The notes beneath the pieces were generated by a model. The model made no database searches and had not been told where the DNA came from. It was given only the letters and a program-made list of their open reading frames with translations. Position numbers and translations under genes: made by a program. Of a stretch of 54,845 bases of DNA, positions 18,971 through 28,645 are shown piece after piece. How positions within the stretch are numbered: position 1 is the first letter of the stretch; each line of letters starts with the position of its first letter. Origin of the DNA: Eubacteriales bacterium (GTDB taxonomy: Bacteria > Bacillota > Clostridia > Oscillospirales > CAG-272); NCBI GenBank assembly GCA_045658225.1, contig JAZOUO010000103.1, forward strand, positions 1 to 54,845, read 5' to 3'.

Positions 18971-18997
18971 AAAGGGCGGTGTAATGCACCGCCCTTT
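18971..18997 (+). terminator. Terminator after addA
   Basis: AAAGGGCGGTG-TAATG-CACCGCCCTTT hairpin. Confidence 0.7.
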
Positions 18998-19003
18998 ATG
19001 TGT

Positions 19004-19031
19004 CACAATCCTTGTATTTTCGTCATAAAAT
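19004..19031 (+). promoter_or_regulatory. SigK-type promoter for the DUF11 gene
   Basis: CACA-16 bp-CATAAAAT matches the B. subtilis SigK consensus mACm-N16-CATA---T. Confidence 0.5.
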
Positions 19032-19088
19032 GACAGTAGAGACCGCTTTATGCAGAGTCCCCCTAAAATATACAGAAAGGTATTTATT

Positions 19089-19964
19089 ATGGCACAAAAT
19101 ATAGAAAACCGCGCGCAGATAACCTTTAATTACGGAAACGTGACGGGCGCGTCTGCGGCATCCAACCTTGCAACTACTACTCTGCAAGGACCTCTCACCG
19201 TCACCAAAAACTCGCTGAATGCGTTTTATTCGGCTGACGATGAGATTACTTATATAATCACACTTGAAAACACTGGCAACTCCGCCATTGAGGGTGTGAC
19301 AGTCACCGACGACCTTGGCAGATTTACTCCCCCCGGAATGACTCAACCCGTCACTCCCTTGACATATGTTGGCCCTGCTCAGCTTTACGTAAACGGTGTC
19401 CTCTCAAATCAGCTTACTGTGGAAATAACGGGTACGGGCGAGCTTCAGTTCAACATTCCCTCTCTTCCCGGCAGCTCCAACGCGATAATAGTTTATATCG
19501 TTCAAGTCAACGAATTCGCACCTCTCTCAGTTGAGTTCGGCAGCATTACTAACGACGTGATAGCAGACGCAGAAGGTCTTTGCGAATCGGGCGAGGATAG
19601 CAACACAATCAATGTTCTTCCTGCGGCAGACATACATCTTATCAAGCAGATGTCTCCCGACCCCGTAGTCTGCGGCGAGCAGATAACCTACACGATAAAC
19701 ATTTATAACTACGGAAATGTCGCGGCAACAAACGTACAGCTTACCGACGTATTTAATCCTGCACCCACGGATATATCTGTGTATGTAAACGGCGTTCTGA
19801 CCGACAACTACACGTATAACGAGGCAAGCGGCTTGCTTACCCTCCCCACGACCACAGACGAAAGCGTCATTATCCCTGCAGCAACCTACACACGCGATAC
19901 AGCAACCGGCGTTGTGACAACACAGCCCGGATTGGTCACAGTAGTTATCACGGGAACTATTTAA
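19089..19964 (+). CDS. DUF11 (conserved repeat, Ig-like) domain protein without signal peptide
   Basis: Two repeats, LTVTK...ITYIITLENTGN..IEGVTVTDDL and LIKQMSPDPVVCGEQITYTINIYNYGNVAATNVQLTD; ATG at 19089 with AGAAAGG RBS. Confidence 0.8.
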   Translation: MAQNIENRAQITFNYGNVTGASAASNLATTTLQGPLTVTKNSLNAFYSADDEITYIITLENTGNSAIEGVTVTDDLGRFTPPGMTQPVTPLTYVGPAQLYVNGVLSNQLTVEITGTGELQFNIPSLPGSSNAIIVYIVQVNEFAPLSVEFGSITNDVIADAEGLCESGEDSNTINVLPAADIHLIKQMSPDPVVCGEQITYTINIYNYGNVAATNVQLTDVFNPAPTDISVYVNGVLTDNYTYNEASGLLTLPTTTDESVIIPAATYTRDTATGVVTTQPGLVTVVITGTI

Positions 19965-19975
19965 CCCTAAAAAAT

Positions 19976-20005
19976 AAGGCTTTTACACCTCGGTGTAAAA
20001 GCCTT
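19976..20005. terminator. Bidirectional terminator between the DUF11 gene and eno
   Basis: AAGGCTTTTACACC-TC-GGTGTAAAAGCCTT perfect inverted repeat. Confidence 0.75.
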
Positions 20006-20009
20006 CTGT

Positions 20010-21332
20010 TTATTCAAAAAACTCTCCGCAAAACGTCTTTGCAGTAGGTCTTATGCTACCAAAGTTAAAGCCATACTTTGCGCCTTTCCCAAGTGATGAC
20101 TCAATTCTTATAAGCCTGTTATATTTTGCAACTCTCTCACTTCGGCATGGTGCGCCCGACTTGATGAATTTCGTTCCGAGTCCTACTGCAAGGTCTGCAA
20201 TGGTGGTGTCCTCTGTTTCTCCCGAACGGTGCGACATAATTGATATATATTCTTTTGCATACGCTGTGCTTGTGACGTCAATAACCTCGGTAAGCGTTCC
20301 AACTTGATTGGGCTTGACAAGCACTGCGTTTCCCGCGCCCATGCCAATTCCCTCCTTGAGTCGCTTGACGTTGGTCACGAAAAGGTCATCACCCACAAGC
20401 ATACACCTTTTGCCTATGCGCTCGGTAAGCTTGCTCCAACCCATAAAATCACGCTGGTCAAGTCCGTCCTCTATGGAAATTATGGGATACAAATTGCAAA
20501 GTTTTTCCCAAAAATCTATAAGTCCATCCCTGTCATACTCCATACCTCTTTTTTTGAGCTTGTAGCAATTCTCGGACTCGCTGTACCACTCGGATGCAGC
20601 AGCGTCAAGCGCAAGCTTGACGGAATCCGAATATCCGCACGCCTCAATAGCTCTACATATATATTCCAATGCCTGCTCGTCGGAGTCAAGACTTGGCGCG
20701 TATCCGCCCTCGTCACCCACTGCTACAGACTTTTTCTCTTTTTTGAGTATCTCGCCAAGCTTGTGATATATCTCGCTTCCCATTCTTACCGCATCAGTAA
20801 AGGACGGCGCGGCGGTGGGAACTATCATAAACTCCTGTATCTCAATATTATTATTTGCATGAGCTCCGCCATTGAGGATATTCATCATAGGGATAGGCAA
20901 TACCTTTGCCTCCATTCCTCCGACAAATTTATAAAGCGGCATGCGATAGCTGTTTGCGCAAGCTCTCGCGTTTGCAAGCGAGACTGCCAATATGGTATTT
21001 GCTCCAAGCTTTTGCTTGTTTTCCGTACCGTCAAGCTCACAAAGTATTCTATCAACCTCGCTCTGCTCGGTCGCATATACACCGATAAGTGCGGGGGAAA
21101 TCGTGCGGCATACACTGTTTACCGCCGAAAGCACCCCTCGTCCATTGTATCGCGAGCCGTCTCCGTCTCGCTTTTCTACTGCCTCGTATATGCCCGTGGA
21201 CGCCCCCGACGGCACCGATGCCACACCCAAGCTTCCGTCTGAAAGCACCACCGTAGCCTCTATGGTAGGGTTTCCCCTTGAATCAAGAATCTCTCTTGCG
21301 CTGCATTTTATTATTTGCGGTTTTGTCACCAC
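20010..21332 (-). CDS. eno: Enolase
   Basis: REILDSRGNPT, VPSGASTG, GDEGG, SIEDG, VGDDLFVTN and SHRSGETED all intact; GTG start. Confidence 0.95.
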   Translation of the reverse strand: MVTKPQIIKCSAREILDSRGNPTIEATVVLSDGSLGVASVPSGASTGIYEAVEKRDGDGSRYNGRGVLSAVNSVCRTISPALIGVYATEQSEVDRILCELDGTENKQKLGANTILAVSLANARACANSYRMPLYKFVGGMEAKVLPIPMMNILNGGAHANNNIEIQEFMIVPTAAPSFTDAVRMGSEIYHKLGEILKKEKKSVAVGDEGGYAPSLDSDEQALEYICRAIEACGYSDSVKLALDAAASEWYSESENCYKLKKRGMEYDRDGLIDFWEKLCNLYPIISIEDGLDQRDFMGWSKLTERIGKRCMLVGDDLFVTNVKRLKEGIGMGAGNAVLVKPNQVGTLTEVIDVTSTAYAKEYISIMSHRSGETEDTTIADLAVGLGTKFIKSGAPCRSERVAKYNRLIRIESSLGKGAKYGFNFGSIRPTAKTFCGEFFE

Positions 21333-21477
21333 TCTGTACCTCCCAGGTCCTTGATATTACTATTCTTTCCCTTCACAACTCATTATATGCGTAAATTACA
21401 TTTATATGAAAAGCTTCATATCAAAAACAAAAGTCAAGCACTCTGCTCAAAAGGCTTATTAGCGCTTGACTTTTATT

Positions 21478-22701
21478 TTATTTAGTTATTGTTTCTGACT
21501 TAATCTTTTGCGAAAGCTCTCCGCCAAAGCATATCCAGATGCTATCAAAATTCTTGTCTGAAGAAATTATTTTAGACGCATCCTTATAGGTTCTGCAAAC
21601 CGAAACCGACTTTGAGTGATACTCGTTCAGGTCGTAATTGTGACCGCAAACTAATATCTTATTTATCTTTTCGTCTGGAATAGACGAGAGCAACTTTTCC
21701 ATCTCCGCATTGCTCTCTGCGGGAATACACACCGAGAATTTTTTGTCCTCTCCGAATATCTCGCAAAAGGTCTTATACATAAGGCAGACCTCGTCGGACT
21801 CGGCTGAATTGTCTGTTATGACGGTTGGTGTGTAGGAAATAATCTCAAACGATCCACAGCTTCCTGCCGACTCAATACCTGAAAGCATCGCAGACACGGG
21901 AATTCTTATTCCCTCTCTGCGTATTGCCATAATCGCCTCTATTGACGTCATAGCGCAGTCGCGCATAATAAGCGATGGAGTCTTGAGGCAAAAGCCGTCT
22001 CTGCCATTGTAATTGAAAACAATTTTTCTCGATGATTGCTCAACTAATTCAAACTGCGCCTTTGCAGGAATAAAAAGCCTCTGTCCCGACGGCGCGCAGA
22101 CGGTGGATATGTAGTTGTAAATATCGCTTCTTTGATTTCCACTGACCACCTCGCGAGTGCCACATCTTACCGCGTCGCACAGACGGTGAATTTTCTCTGT
22201 CGCACGCTCGGTGTCATACACGGTGGGTATTATCGCAAGCTCGAAAGGCGCGCAGACTCTGTCAAATCTCTCAGTTCCCTCAAGGATGATAAATTCACAC
22301 CCACTAAGTCTACACAAAAGAAGTGAAAGAACAAAAATTATTTCTTCCCTGCAATACTCGCTCTCATAATTTTTATTTACCTTGCTTTTTATCTCGGCAA
22401 CGCACTTGTTATAGTCTTCGATAGAGGGTATCTCGCCACCAACGAATACCGAGGCGCGCGAATCAAGCCCGCGGGTAGAGCATATTCTACCTATTCTGTA
22501 TCCCGCCGCTTTTATTATGCCTTCAAGCAAAAGCGCACAGCCATGACCCGCAACGCCCTCGGGAACATGGATAAATCTCACCCCTCGGTTTATCTGCCCT
22601 AAAGACAAGCAAAGCTCGGCTATCCTCTTGAGCGATACTCCGTCTCCCGCTGACGCAAGTCTGAAGCCGTCTATATATTTTAATGAATTTACATATTTCA
22701 T
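21478..22701 (-). CDS. FolC/folylpolyglutamate-synthase-like protein with degenerate active site
   Basis: Collinear with FolC (MKY...L.RI.EL...LG...RFIHV...IIKAAGYRIG), but the P-loop GTNGKGS reads EGVAGHG and TSPH reads CSTR. Confidence 0.65.
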   Translation of the reverse strand: MKYVNSLKYIDGFRLASAGDGVSLKRIAELCLSLGQINRGVRFIHVPEGVAGHGCALLLEGIIKAAGYRIGRICSTRGLDSRASVFVGGEIPSIEDYNKCVAEIKSKVNKNYESEYCREEIIFVLSLLLCRLSGCEFIILEGTERFDRVCAPFELAIIPTVYDTERATEKIHRLCDAVRCGTREVVSGNQRSDIYNYISTVCAPSGQRLFIPAKAQFELVEQSSRKIVFNYNGRDGFCLKTPSLIMRDCAMTSIEAIMAIRREGIRIPVSAMLSGIESAGSCGSFEIISYTPTVITDNSAESDEVCLMYKTFCEIFGEDKKFSVCIPAESNAEMEKLLSSIPDEKINKILVCGHNYDLNEYHSKSVSVCRTYKDASKIISSDKNFDSIWICFGGELSQKIKSETITK

Positions 22702-22704
22702 TTT

Positions 22705-24642
22705 TTATAGTCCTTTGAAAATTTTAATTGAATTTTCAGGTATTAAAACACTTCCGGTGTATTTTTCACCGTCTATGAGTTCGAGATAAGACTCTGTACT
22801 CGGTATGTTGAGCTGATAGTCCTCTCCTCTGTTGGCTACAACTATAAGCTTTGAATTTCCCTTATTTCGCATAAAGCATATAGAACTTTCGCTGTGATCC
22901 AGAATACAGAAATCTCCACCGTCAAGTGCCTGCTCATTTCGTCGTATGCTACCCAGCTTTTTGTAAAAATCAAGTATCTCAGTGCGCGTGGAATTGTCAA
23001 GCTCATGCCACGGGAAAGGCATACGGCAGAATGGATCGCGATATCCCTCAAGTCCCACCTCGTCACCGTAATAGAGTGACGGTATTCCGTAAACAGTGTA
23101 TTGCAATGCCGCCGCTATCTTGAGAAGCTTTATTCCGCGCTTGAGCTGAATTTTGGAAAGTCTTGCACGGGAAAGATCCTGCATGCTTCTATCCTCGTCA
23201 CCCATATCTCTGCCGAGTACGGTAAGTATTCTCTCCGTATCGTGAGTTCCGATTATATTCATAAGCTTATCCGAGACTTGTCTGGGATACGAGGAATATA
23301 TCTCCACAAGAGTGTTGTAAAGTGTCTCGGCGTCTCCATAGGTGCAAAAATCAATTATTGACGAGCGCAAAGGGTAATTCATAACGCTGTCAAGCTGTCT
23401 GCCCTGAAAATATCTTCTTCTTTGTCCGTATGCGGATTTTTCAGCGGCGTTTTCCCAAACCTCACCAATAATAACCGCCTGACCGTCAGAGCATTTTTTT
23501 ACGCGCTCTCTAAGCTCGTCCAAAAACTCATCGCAAAGCTCGTCAGCCACGTCAAGTCTCCAACCGCCAATTCCCATCTCGGTATATTTTTGCAGGACAC
23601 CGCCCTCGCCTGTAAAGAACTTACGACAGCTTTCGTTTGAGTGGTTGAGTCTTGGAAGTATGTCTATTCCCCACCATGACTCATATTCATACGGATGGTC
23701 CTTGAAATTATACCAATCAAAGTATTTCGAGCTTTTGTCGTTATATGCTCCGCCATCTCCATATCTGCGGCGACGGTTGAAATACAGACTGTCGTCTCCC
23801 GTGTGGTTGAAAACCCCGTCAAGAATTATTGATATTCCTTTGTCCTTGGCTTTATCTATAAGGTTGCCTAGCGCCGCCTCGCCACCGAACATCTCGTCGA
23901 TCTTCATATAGTCTCCCGTGTCGTACTTGTGGTTTGAATATGCCTCAAATACGGGGCAAAGGTATATAACGCTTACGCCAAGCTCAGAAAGATAGTCAAG
24001 CTTTTCCGCAACACCCCAAAGATTACCACCAAAAAACATATTGTTCTTCAGTGGGTCTCCTATATGGGCGGCAAATTGAGGAATTCCGTTTTCCCAGTCC
24101 TCATTTATGATGGCATCCTTGCGGATTGGCAGATTTTTTGCCTGCTGGCTCTCACCCTTGAAAAATCGATCGGTAAATATCTGATACATAACACCGTGAC
24201 CAAAGCTATCCGGCGTTTTGTAGTCCTTCTCATATACAAGAAGTCTGAATCTTTTGCCCTGTTTTTCGGAAAGAGTAAAATCAAGATTATTCTGTGTGTC
24301 CGTATAGACTGTTTTGTCGCCGCGGACAAACACTATCTCATAATAAAAAAGTCCGCAGCCTTTCTCACCGCACAGCGCTTGAGTGTCAATAGAGAGACAG
24401 TATATATCGCTCACGGCGTCCGAACCTTTGAAAATCATGGGAATATCGGCATCTCTCTCTCCATCGCGGCATATACGCAAAACGGGAGTTGTAATTCCCA
24501 AAATACGTGATATAGATACCTCAATATCCACTACCGTGCCGCAACAAAATGCGCCCATGTTTGATACGTCACGCGCGCCCTCAAATTTTCGTATATTGAC
24601 GTCTGCATACTCGTCTATCTGTGAAAAAAGCTTTGGAAGCAT
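22705..24642 (-). CDS. GH13 neopullulanase/amylopullulanase-type glycosidase
   Basis: MYQIFTDRF, SNHKYDT, ILDGVFNH, GWRLDVADE, IGEVWE, GTHDTER and YYGDEVG; within the glg operon. Confidence 0.9.
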   Translation of the reverse strand: MLPKLFSQIDEYADVNIRKFEGARDVSNMGAFCCGTVVDIEVSISRILGITTPVLRICRDGERDADIPMIFKGSDAVSDIYCLSIDTQALCGEKGCGLFYYEIVFVRGDKTVYTDTQNNLDFTLSEKQGKRFRLLVYEKDYKTPDSFGHGVMYQIFTDRFFKGESQQAKNLPIRKDAIINEDWENGIPQFAAHIGDPLKNNMFFGGNLWGVAEKLDYLSELGVSVIYLCPVFEAYSNHKYDTGDYMKIDEMFGGEAALGNLIDKAKDKGISIILDGVFNHTGDDSLYFNRRRRYGDGGAYNDKSSKYFDWYNFKDHPYEYESWWGIDILPRLNHSNESCRKFFTGEGGVLQKYTEMGIGGWRLDVADELCDEFLDELRERVKKCSDGQAVIIGEVWENAAEKSAYGQRRRYFQGRQLDSVMNYPLRSSIIDFCTYGDAETLYNTLVEIYSSYPRQVSDKLMNIIGTHDTERILTVLGRDMGDEDRSMQDLSRARLSKIQLKRGIKLLKIAAALQYTVYGIPSLYYGDEVGLEGYRDPFCRMPFPWHELDNSTRTEILDFYKKLGSIRRNEQALDGGDFCILDHSESSICFMRNKGNSKLIVVANRGEDYQLNIPSTESYLELIDGEKYTGSVLIPENSIKIFKGL

Positions 24643-24703
24643 ATAGTCCTCGTTTGATGTTATTTATATGGGGGAAACCTTATGGGCTTCCCCCTTACGT
24701 TTG

Positions 24704-27130
24704 TTATTTTATAGGCTTGATATTCCAGAATTTCTCCGCATACTCGTCAATACATCTGTCTGCGGCAAAATAGCCCGATGCCGCTGTGTTAAGAAGCGAC
24801 ATTCTCGACCAGTTTTTCCTATCCGCGTATGCAGATATAAGTCTGTCATGTGTTAGTCTGTAGGATTCGAAATCAGCAAGACACATGAAGGGGTCCGCAA
24901 CGCCGTATCCCGACGCGAGAAGATACGTTGCTATATCGGCAAACGATTCGCCTGCAAAGCCGATATAAAGGTGATTGATTATCTTCTTGAGTCTTTCGTT
25001 ATTGGCATAGAATTCCGTGGAATGATATCCTCGTGTCCAGAGGTCCTCAACCTCCCTTGCGGTCATACCGAAAATAAACATATTCTCCTCACCTGCCGCC
25101 GCGAGCATCTCAATATTAGCACCGTCAAGCGTACCAATTGTGAGCGCGCCGTTTATCATAAGCTTCATACAGCCCGTACCACTCGCTTCCTTACCCGCGA
25201 GAGATATCTGCTCGGATATTTCCGCAGAGGGTATGAGTATTTCAGCTGTTGTGACGTCATAGTTCTCAAGGAAGACAACGTCAAGCTTTTCCTTGATCTC
25301 GGGATGAGAATCAATATCCTTTGAAAGCGCACAGATAAGCTGGATTATTCTCTTTGCCATATGGTAGCCGGGAGCTGCCTTTGCACCGAAAATAAATGTC
25401 TGCGGCTGTATTTCAAGGTTGGGGTTGTTCTTTATATCAATATAAAGTCCGATTATATTGAGCACGTTGAGGAGCTGACGCTTGTACTCGTGAAGTCTCT
25501 TTATCTGTACGTCAAAGACTGTGTGAGTATTGAGCTTCTTTCCAGTCTTGTGATACAGATGCTCTGCAAATCTTACCTTGTTATTATGCTTTATTTTGCG
25601 TATCTGATCAAGCACTGCCGCGTCATCCGCAAACTTTGCAAATTCTGAAAGCTCTGTGGGGTTATGTCTGTATCCCGTACCTATTGTTTCGTCAAGAAGT
25701 CCTGCGAGCTCGGGATTGGAATAACAGAGCCAGCGACGGTGAGCTATACCGTTGGTGACGTTGTCAAACCTGTCGGGATACATATTGTAAAAGTCGTTGA
25801 ATACGCTCTTTTTGAGAATATCGGAGTGAAGCTTGGATACACCGTTTACAGAGTGAGATCCGACTACCGAAAGGTTAGCCATTCTGACAGTGCCGTAGCC
25901 TACGATGCTCATATTGGATATTCTCTGCCAGTTCCCGGGGAATGCCTGCCAAGCCTCGCGGCAAAATCTCTCGTTTATCTCACAAACGATCTGATACATT
26001 CTGGGAAGCTTGAGTCTGAACAGATCCTCGTTCCACTTTTCAAGTGCCTCGGGGAGAACTGTGTGGTTAGTATAAGAGCATATCTTTACTACCTTACTCC
26101 ACGCCTCTTCCCAAGAATAGAAGTAATCGTCTATGAGTATTCTCATAAGCTCGGGGATACAAAGCGCGGGGTGGGTGTCGTTAATGTGTATTGCTATCTT
26201 GTCCTCAAGATTCTGGAGCGTTCCGTAGGTCGCCATATGGTCGCGGATAATACTCTGAACCGATGCGGAAACAAGGAAATACTGCTGGGAAAGACGGAGA
26301 AGCTTGCCCTCCTCGTGATTATCCGAGGGGTAAAGCACCTTGCATATCGCCTCCGCTTTTGTGCTGTTCTGCACCGCTTGTGCATACTGTCCCTGCGTGA
26401 AAAGTCCCATATTGAAGTTGTGTATATCTCTTGCCTTCCAAAGACGGAGACGGCTCGCCGCACTGCTGTCAGCGCCCGATATCATCATATCGTAAGGTAT
26501 AGCCTCTATTTCCTCGGCGTCCTCGTAGTAGACCTCCATATGTCCGTCAACCCACTTCTCCTTTACCTTTCCGCCAAAGCGTACGACAAAGGGGCGGTCG
26601 GTTCTCGGAACGAGCCATACATCACCGCCGGGAAGCCACACGTCGGGAAGTTCTACCTGCATTCCGTCAACTATTTTCTGCTTGAACAAGCCGTACTCAT
26701 AGCAGATTGAAAATCCCGTTGCAGGGTAATCAAGAGACGAAAGAGAATCCATAAAGCACGCCGCAAGTCTGCCAAGACCGCCGTTTCCGAGTCCCGCGTC
26801 GGGCTCACAGTCGTAAAGCGAGTCAAGCTCTATGCCAAAGTTGCCAAGAGCCTTCTCGTACTCGTCAACAAGTCCAAGATTGTGAAGATTAGTTTTGAGC
26901 GAACGACCAAGCAAAAACTCCATGCACATATAGTACACGCGCTTTGCGCCCTGCTTGTTCACTTCTTTTTTAAATGCGCCTCTTTTTTCAGTGAGAATAT
27001 CTCTTACGGTGATGGCTACCGCCTTATACATCTGCTCCTTGGACGCTTCGGCAGGGGTACAGCCGAAGTATCTTGCGAGCTTTACTTCTATGTTTTCTTT
27101 GATTTGCGTTGAATTAAGATTTTTATTCAT
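24704..27130 (-). CDS. glgP: Glycogen/starch phosphorylase
   Basis: GLGNGGLGRLAACF, HINDTHP, KRLHEYKRQ and PLP-lysine motif EASGTGCMK. Confidence 0.96.
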   Translation of the reverse strand: MNKNLNSTQIKENIEVKLARYFGCTPAEASKEQMYKAVAITVRDILTEKRGAFKKEVNKQGAKRVYYMCMEFLLGRSLKTNLHNLGLVDEYEKALGNFGIELDSLYDCEPDAGLGNGGLGRLAACFMDSLSSLDYPATGFSICYEYGLFKQKIVDGMQVELPDVWLPGGDVWLVPRTDRPFVVRFGGKVKEKWVDGHMEVYYEDAEEIEAIPYDMMISGADSSAASRLRLWKARDIHNFNMGLFTQGQYAQAVQNSTKAEAICKVLYPSDNHEEGKLLRLSQQYFLVSASVQSIIRDHMATYGTLQNLEDKIAIHINDTHPALCIPELMRILIDDYFYSWEEAWSKVVKICSYTNHTVLPEALEKWNEDLFRLKLPRMYQIVCEINERFCREAWQAFPGNWQRISNMSIVGYGTVRMANLSVVGSHSVNGVSKLHSDILKKSVFNDFYNMYPDRFDNVTNGIAHRRWLCYSNPELAGLLDETIGTGYRHNPTELSEFAKFADDAAVLDQIRKIKHNNKVRFAEHLYHKTGKKLNTHTVFDVQIKRLHEYKRQLLNVLNIIGLYIDIKNNPNLEIQPQTFIFGAKAAPGYHMAKRIIQLICALSKDIDSHPEIKEKLDVVFLENYDVTTAEILIPSAEISEQISLAGKEASGTGCMKLMINGALTIGTLDGANIEMLAAAGEENMFIFGMTAREVEDLWTRGYHSTEFYANNERLKKIINHLYIGFAGESFADIATYLLASGYGVADPFMCLADFESYRLTHDRLISAYADRKNWSRMSLLNTAASGYFAADRCIDEYAEKFWNIKPIK

Positions 27131-27178
27131 TAAAGGACCTTTCTATGACGGCGTATCCGTCACACAAAAACAATATAT

Positions 27179-28621
27179 TCAAATTGAATTATACATTTGC
27201 ATATAGCTCTGAGCAGATGTCTTCCAGGAGAAATCCGTGCCCATTATCTTGCTTGCAAACTTCTTATATTTCTTCTTGTCGTCATACATATCAAGCGCCG
27301 CGTTTATACGTTCGTAAAGCTCGTAGGACGAGTAATTTGCAAAGGTAAATCCATTGCCCATAAGCTCTCCGTCATTTTCCCAATAAGGCTTGATCGAGTC
27401 GTACAGTCCGCCCGTTTCGCGCACTACGGGAATAGCACCATATCTTGACGCTATCATCTGCGAAAGTCCGCAAGGCTCGCTCTTTGAGGGCATTACGAAA
27501 ATATCTGCTGCCGCATATATCTTCTTTGAGAGATCTCTGTCGTAAAGCATGAGCGCTCTTACCTTGTCGGGATAAGTGTTCTCAAGGCCTACGAAGAAAT
27601 CCTCATATTGCTGCTCGCCCTTGCCGAGCACAACAAACTGAATGTCTCGCTCGCCGACAAGCTGATATGCCATATCGCACACAAGGTCAAGTCCCTTGTG
27701 TGTTGCGAGTCGGGAGATAATAGCTATCATAGGAACATCAGCTCTTTCTGGGAGACCGTATGTCTTCTGAAGCTCGAGCTTATTCTCTGCCTTGGCAGAG
27801 ATAAAATTGCGTCTGTCATAATTCTTAACGATAACCTCATCCTTTGACGGATTGTAATAATCGTAGTCTATGCCGTTGAGAATACCCGTGAGCTTGTGCG
27901 AGTTTCTGTAAAGAACATGATAAAGTCCGTGTGAATACTCCACTCCCTTTATCTCCTCAGCATATCTCGGGCTTACTGTGCTAACCTTATCAGCACACTC
28001 TATTGCCGCTTTCATAAGATTTATACAGTTGTCATATTTCATAAGAGCATAATGCTCGGGGCCGAGATCGAATACATCTCCGAGTATAGCAAGATCATAC
28101 TTGCCCTGATACTCTATATTATGTATCGTGAATACGCTCTTTATATTCTCATATCCGTCTTTTTGGTGAAATTTGGTGTTCAGATATACCACGGACAAAG
28201 CCGACTGCCAATCGTTTGCGTGAAGCACATCGGGATAAAAGTCTATGTGAGGAAGCATTTCAAGCACAGCCTTGCAGAAATACGCGTATCTCTCTCCGTC
28301 GTCGAAAAATCCGTAAAGACCTCCGTCGCGCTTGAAATAATACTCGTTGTCTATAAAGTAGTACTTAACTCCGTCCTTCTCAAGACTCTTAACGCCACAA
28401 TACTGATTTCTCCACGAAAGAGCAACAGTAAATATAGCCTCGTCCTTCATCTGCTCTCGCCACTTGTTGGAAACAGCGGAATAAAGCGGCATAACGACTC
28501 TTACGTCATTATCGCGGCTGAGCGCCTTGAGAGCCGCGGGGAGCGAGCCCATAACATCGCCAAGTCCGCCCGTTGCAGCAAAAGGCATTGTCTCTGCGCC
28601 TACAAAAAGTATTTTTTTCAT
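27179..28621 (-). CDS. glgA: Glycogen synthase
   Basis: TGGLGDV, HANDWQ, FTIHNIEYQG and PSKSEPCGLSQM. Confidence 0.95.
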   Translation of the reverse strand: MKKILFVGAETMPFAATGGLGDVMGSLPAALKALSRDNDVRVVMPLYSAVSNKWREQMKDEAIFTVALSWRNQYCGVKSLEKDGVKYYFIDNEYYFKRDGGLYGFFDDGERYAYFCKAVLEMLPHIDFYPDVLHANDWQSALSVVYLNTKFHQKDGYENIKSVFTIHNIEYQGKYDLAILGDVFDLGPEHYALMKYDNCINLMKAAIECADKVSTVSPRYAEEIKGVEYSHGLYHVLYRNSHKLTGILNGIDYDYYNPSKDEVIVKNYDRRNFISAKAENKLELQKTYGLPERADVPMIAIISRLATHKGLDLVCDMAYQLVGERDIQFVVLGKGEQQYEDFFVGLENTYPDKVRALMLYDRDLSKKIYAAADIFVMPSKSEPCGLSQMIASRYGAIPVVRETGGLYDSIKPYWENDGELMGNGFTFANYSSYELYERINAALDMYDDKKKYKKFASKIMGTDFSWKTSAQSYMQMYNSI

Positions 28622-28645
28622 ATTATTTCCCTTTCTGGTTTCAGC

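Noticed and set aside
21381-21412. SigE-type promoter suggesting a sporulation-specific enolase
   Set aside because: The spacing is one base off consensus, and the same bases read equally well as a SigA promoter (TTCATA-17-TATAAT); ambiguous.
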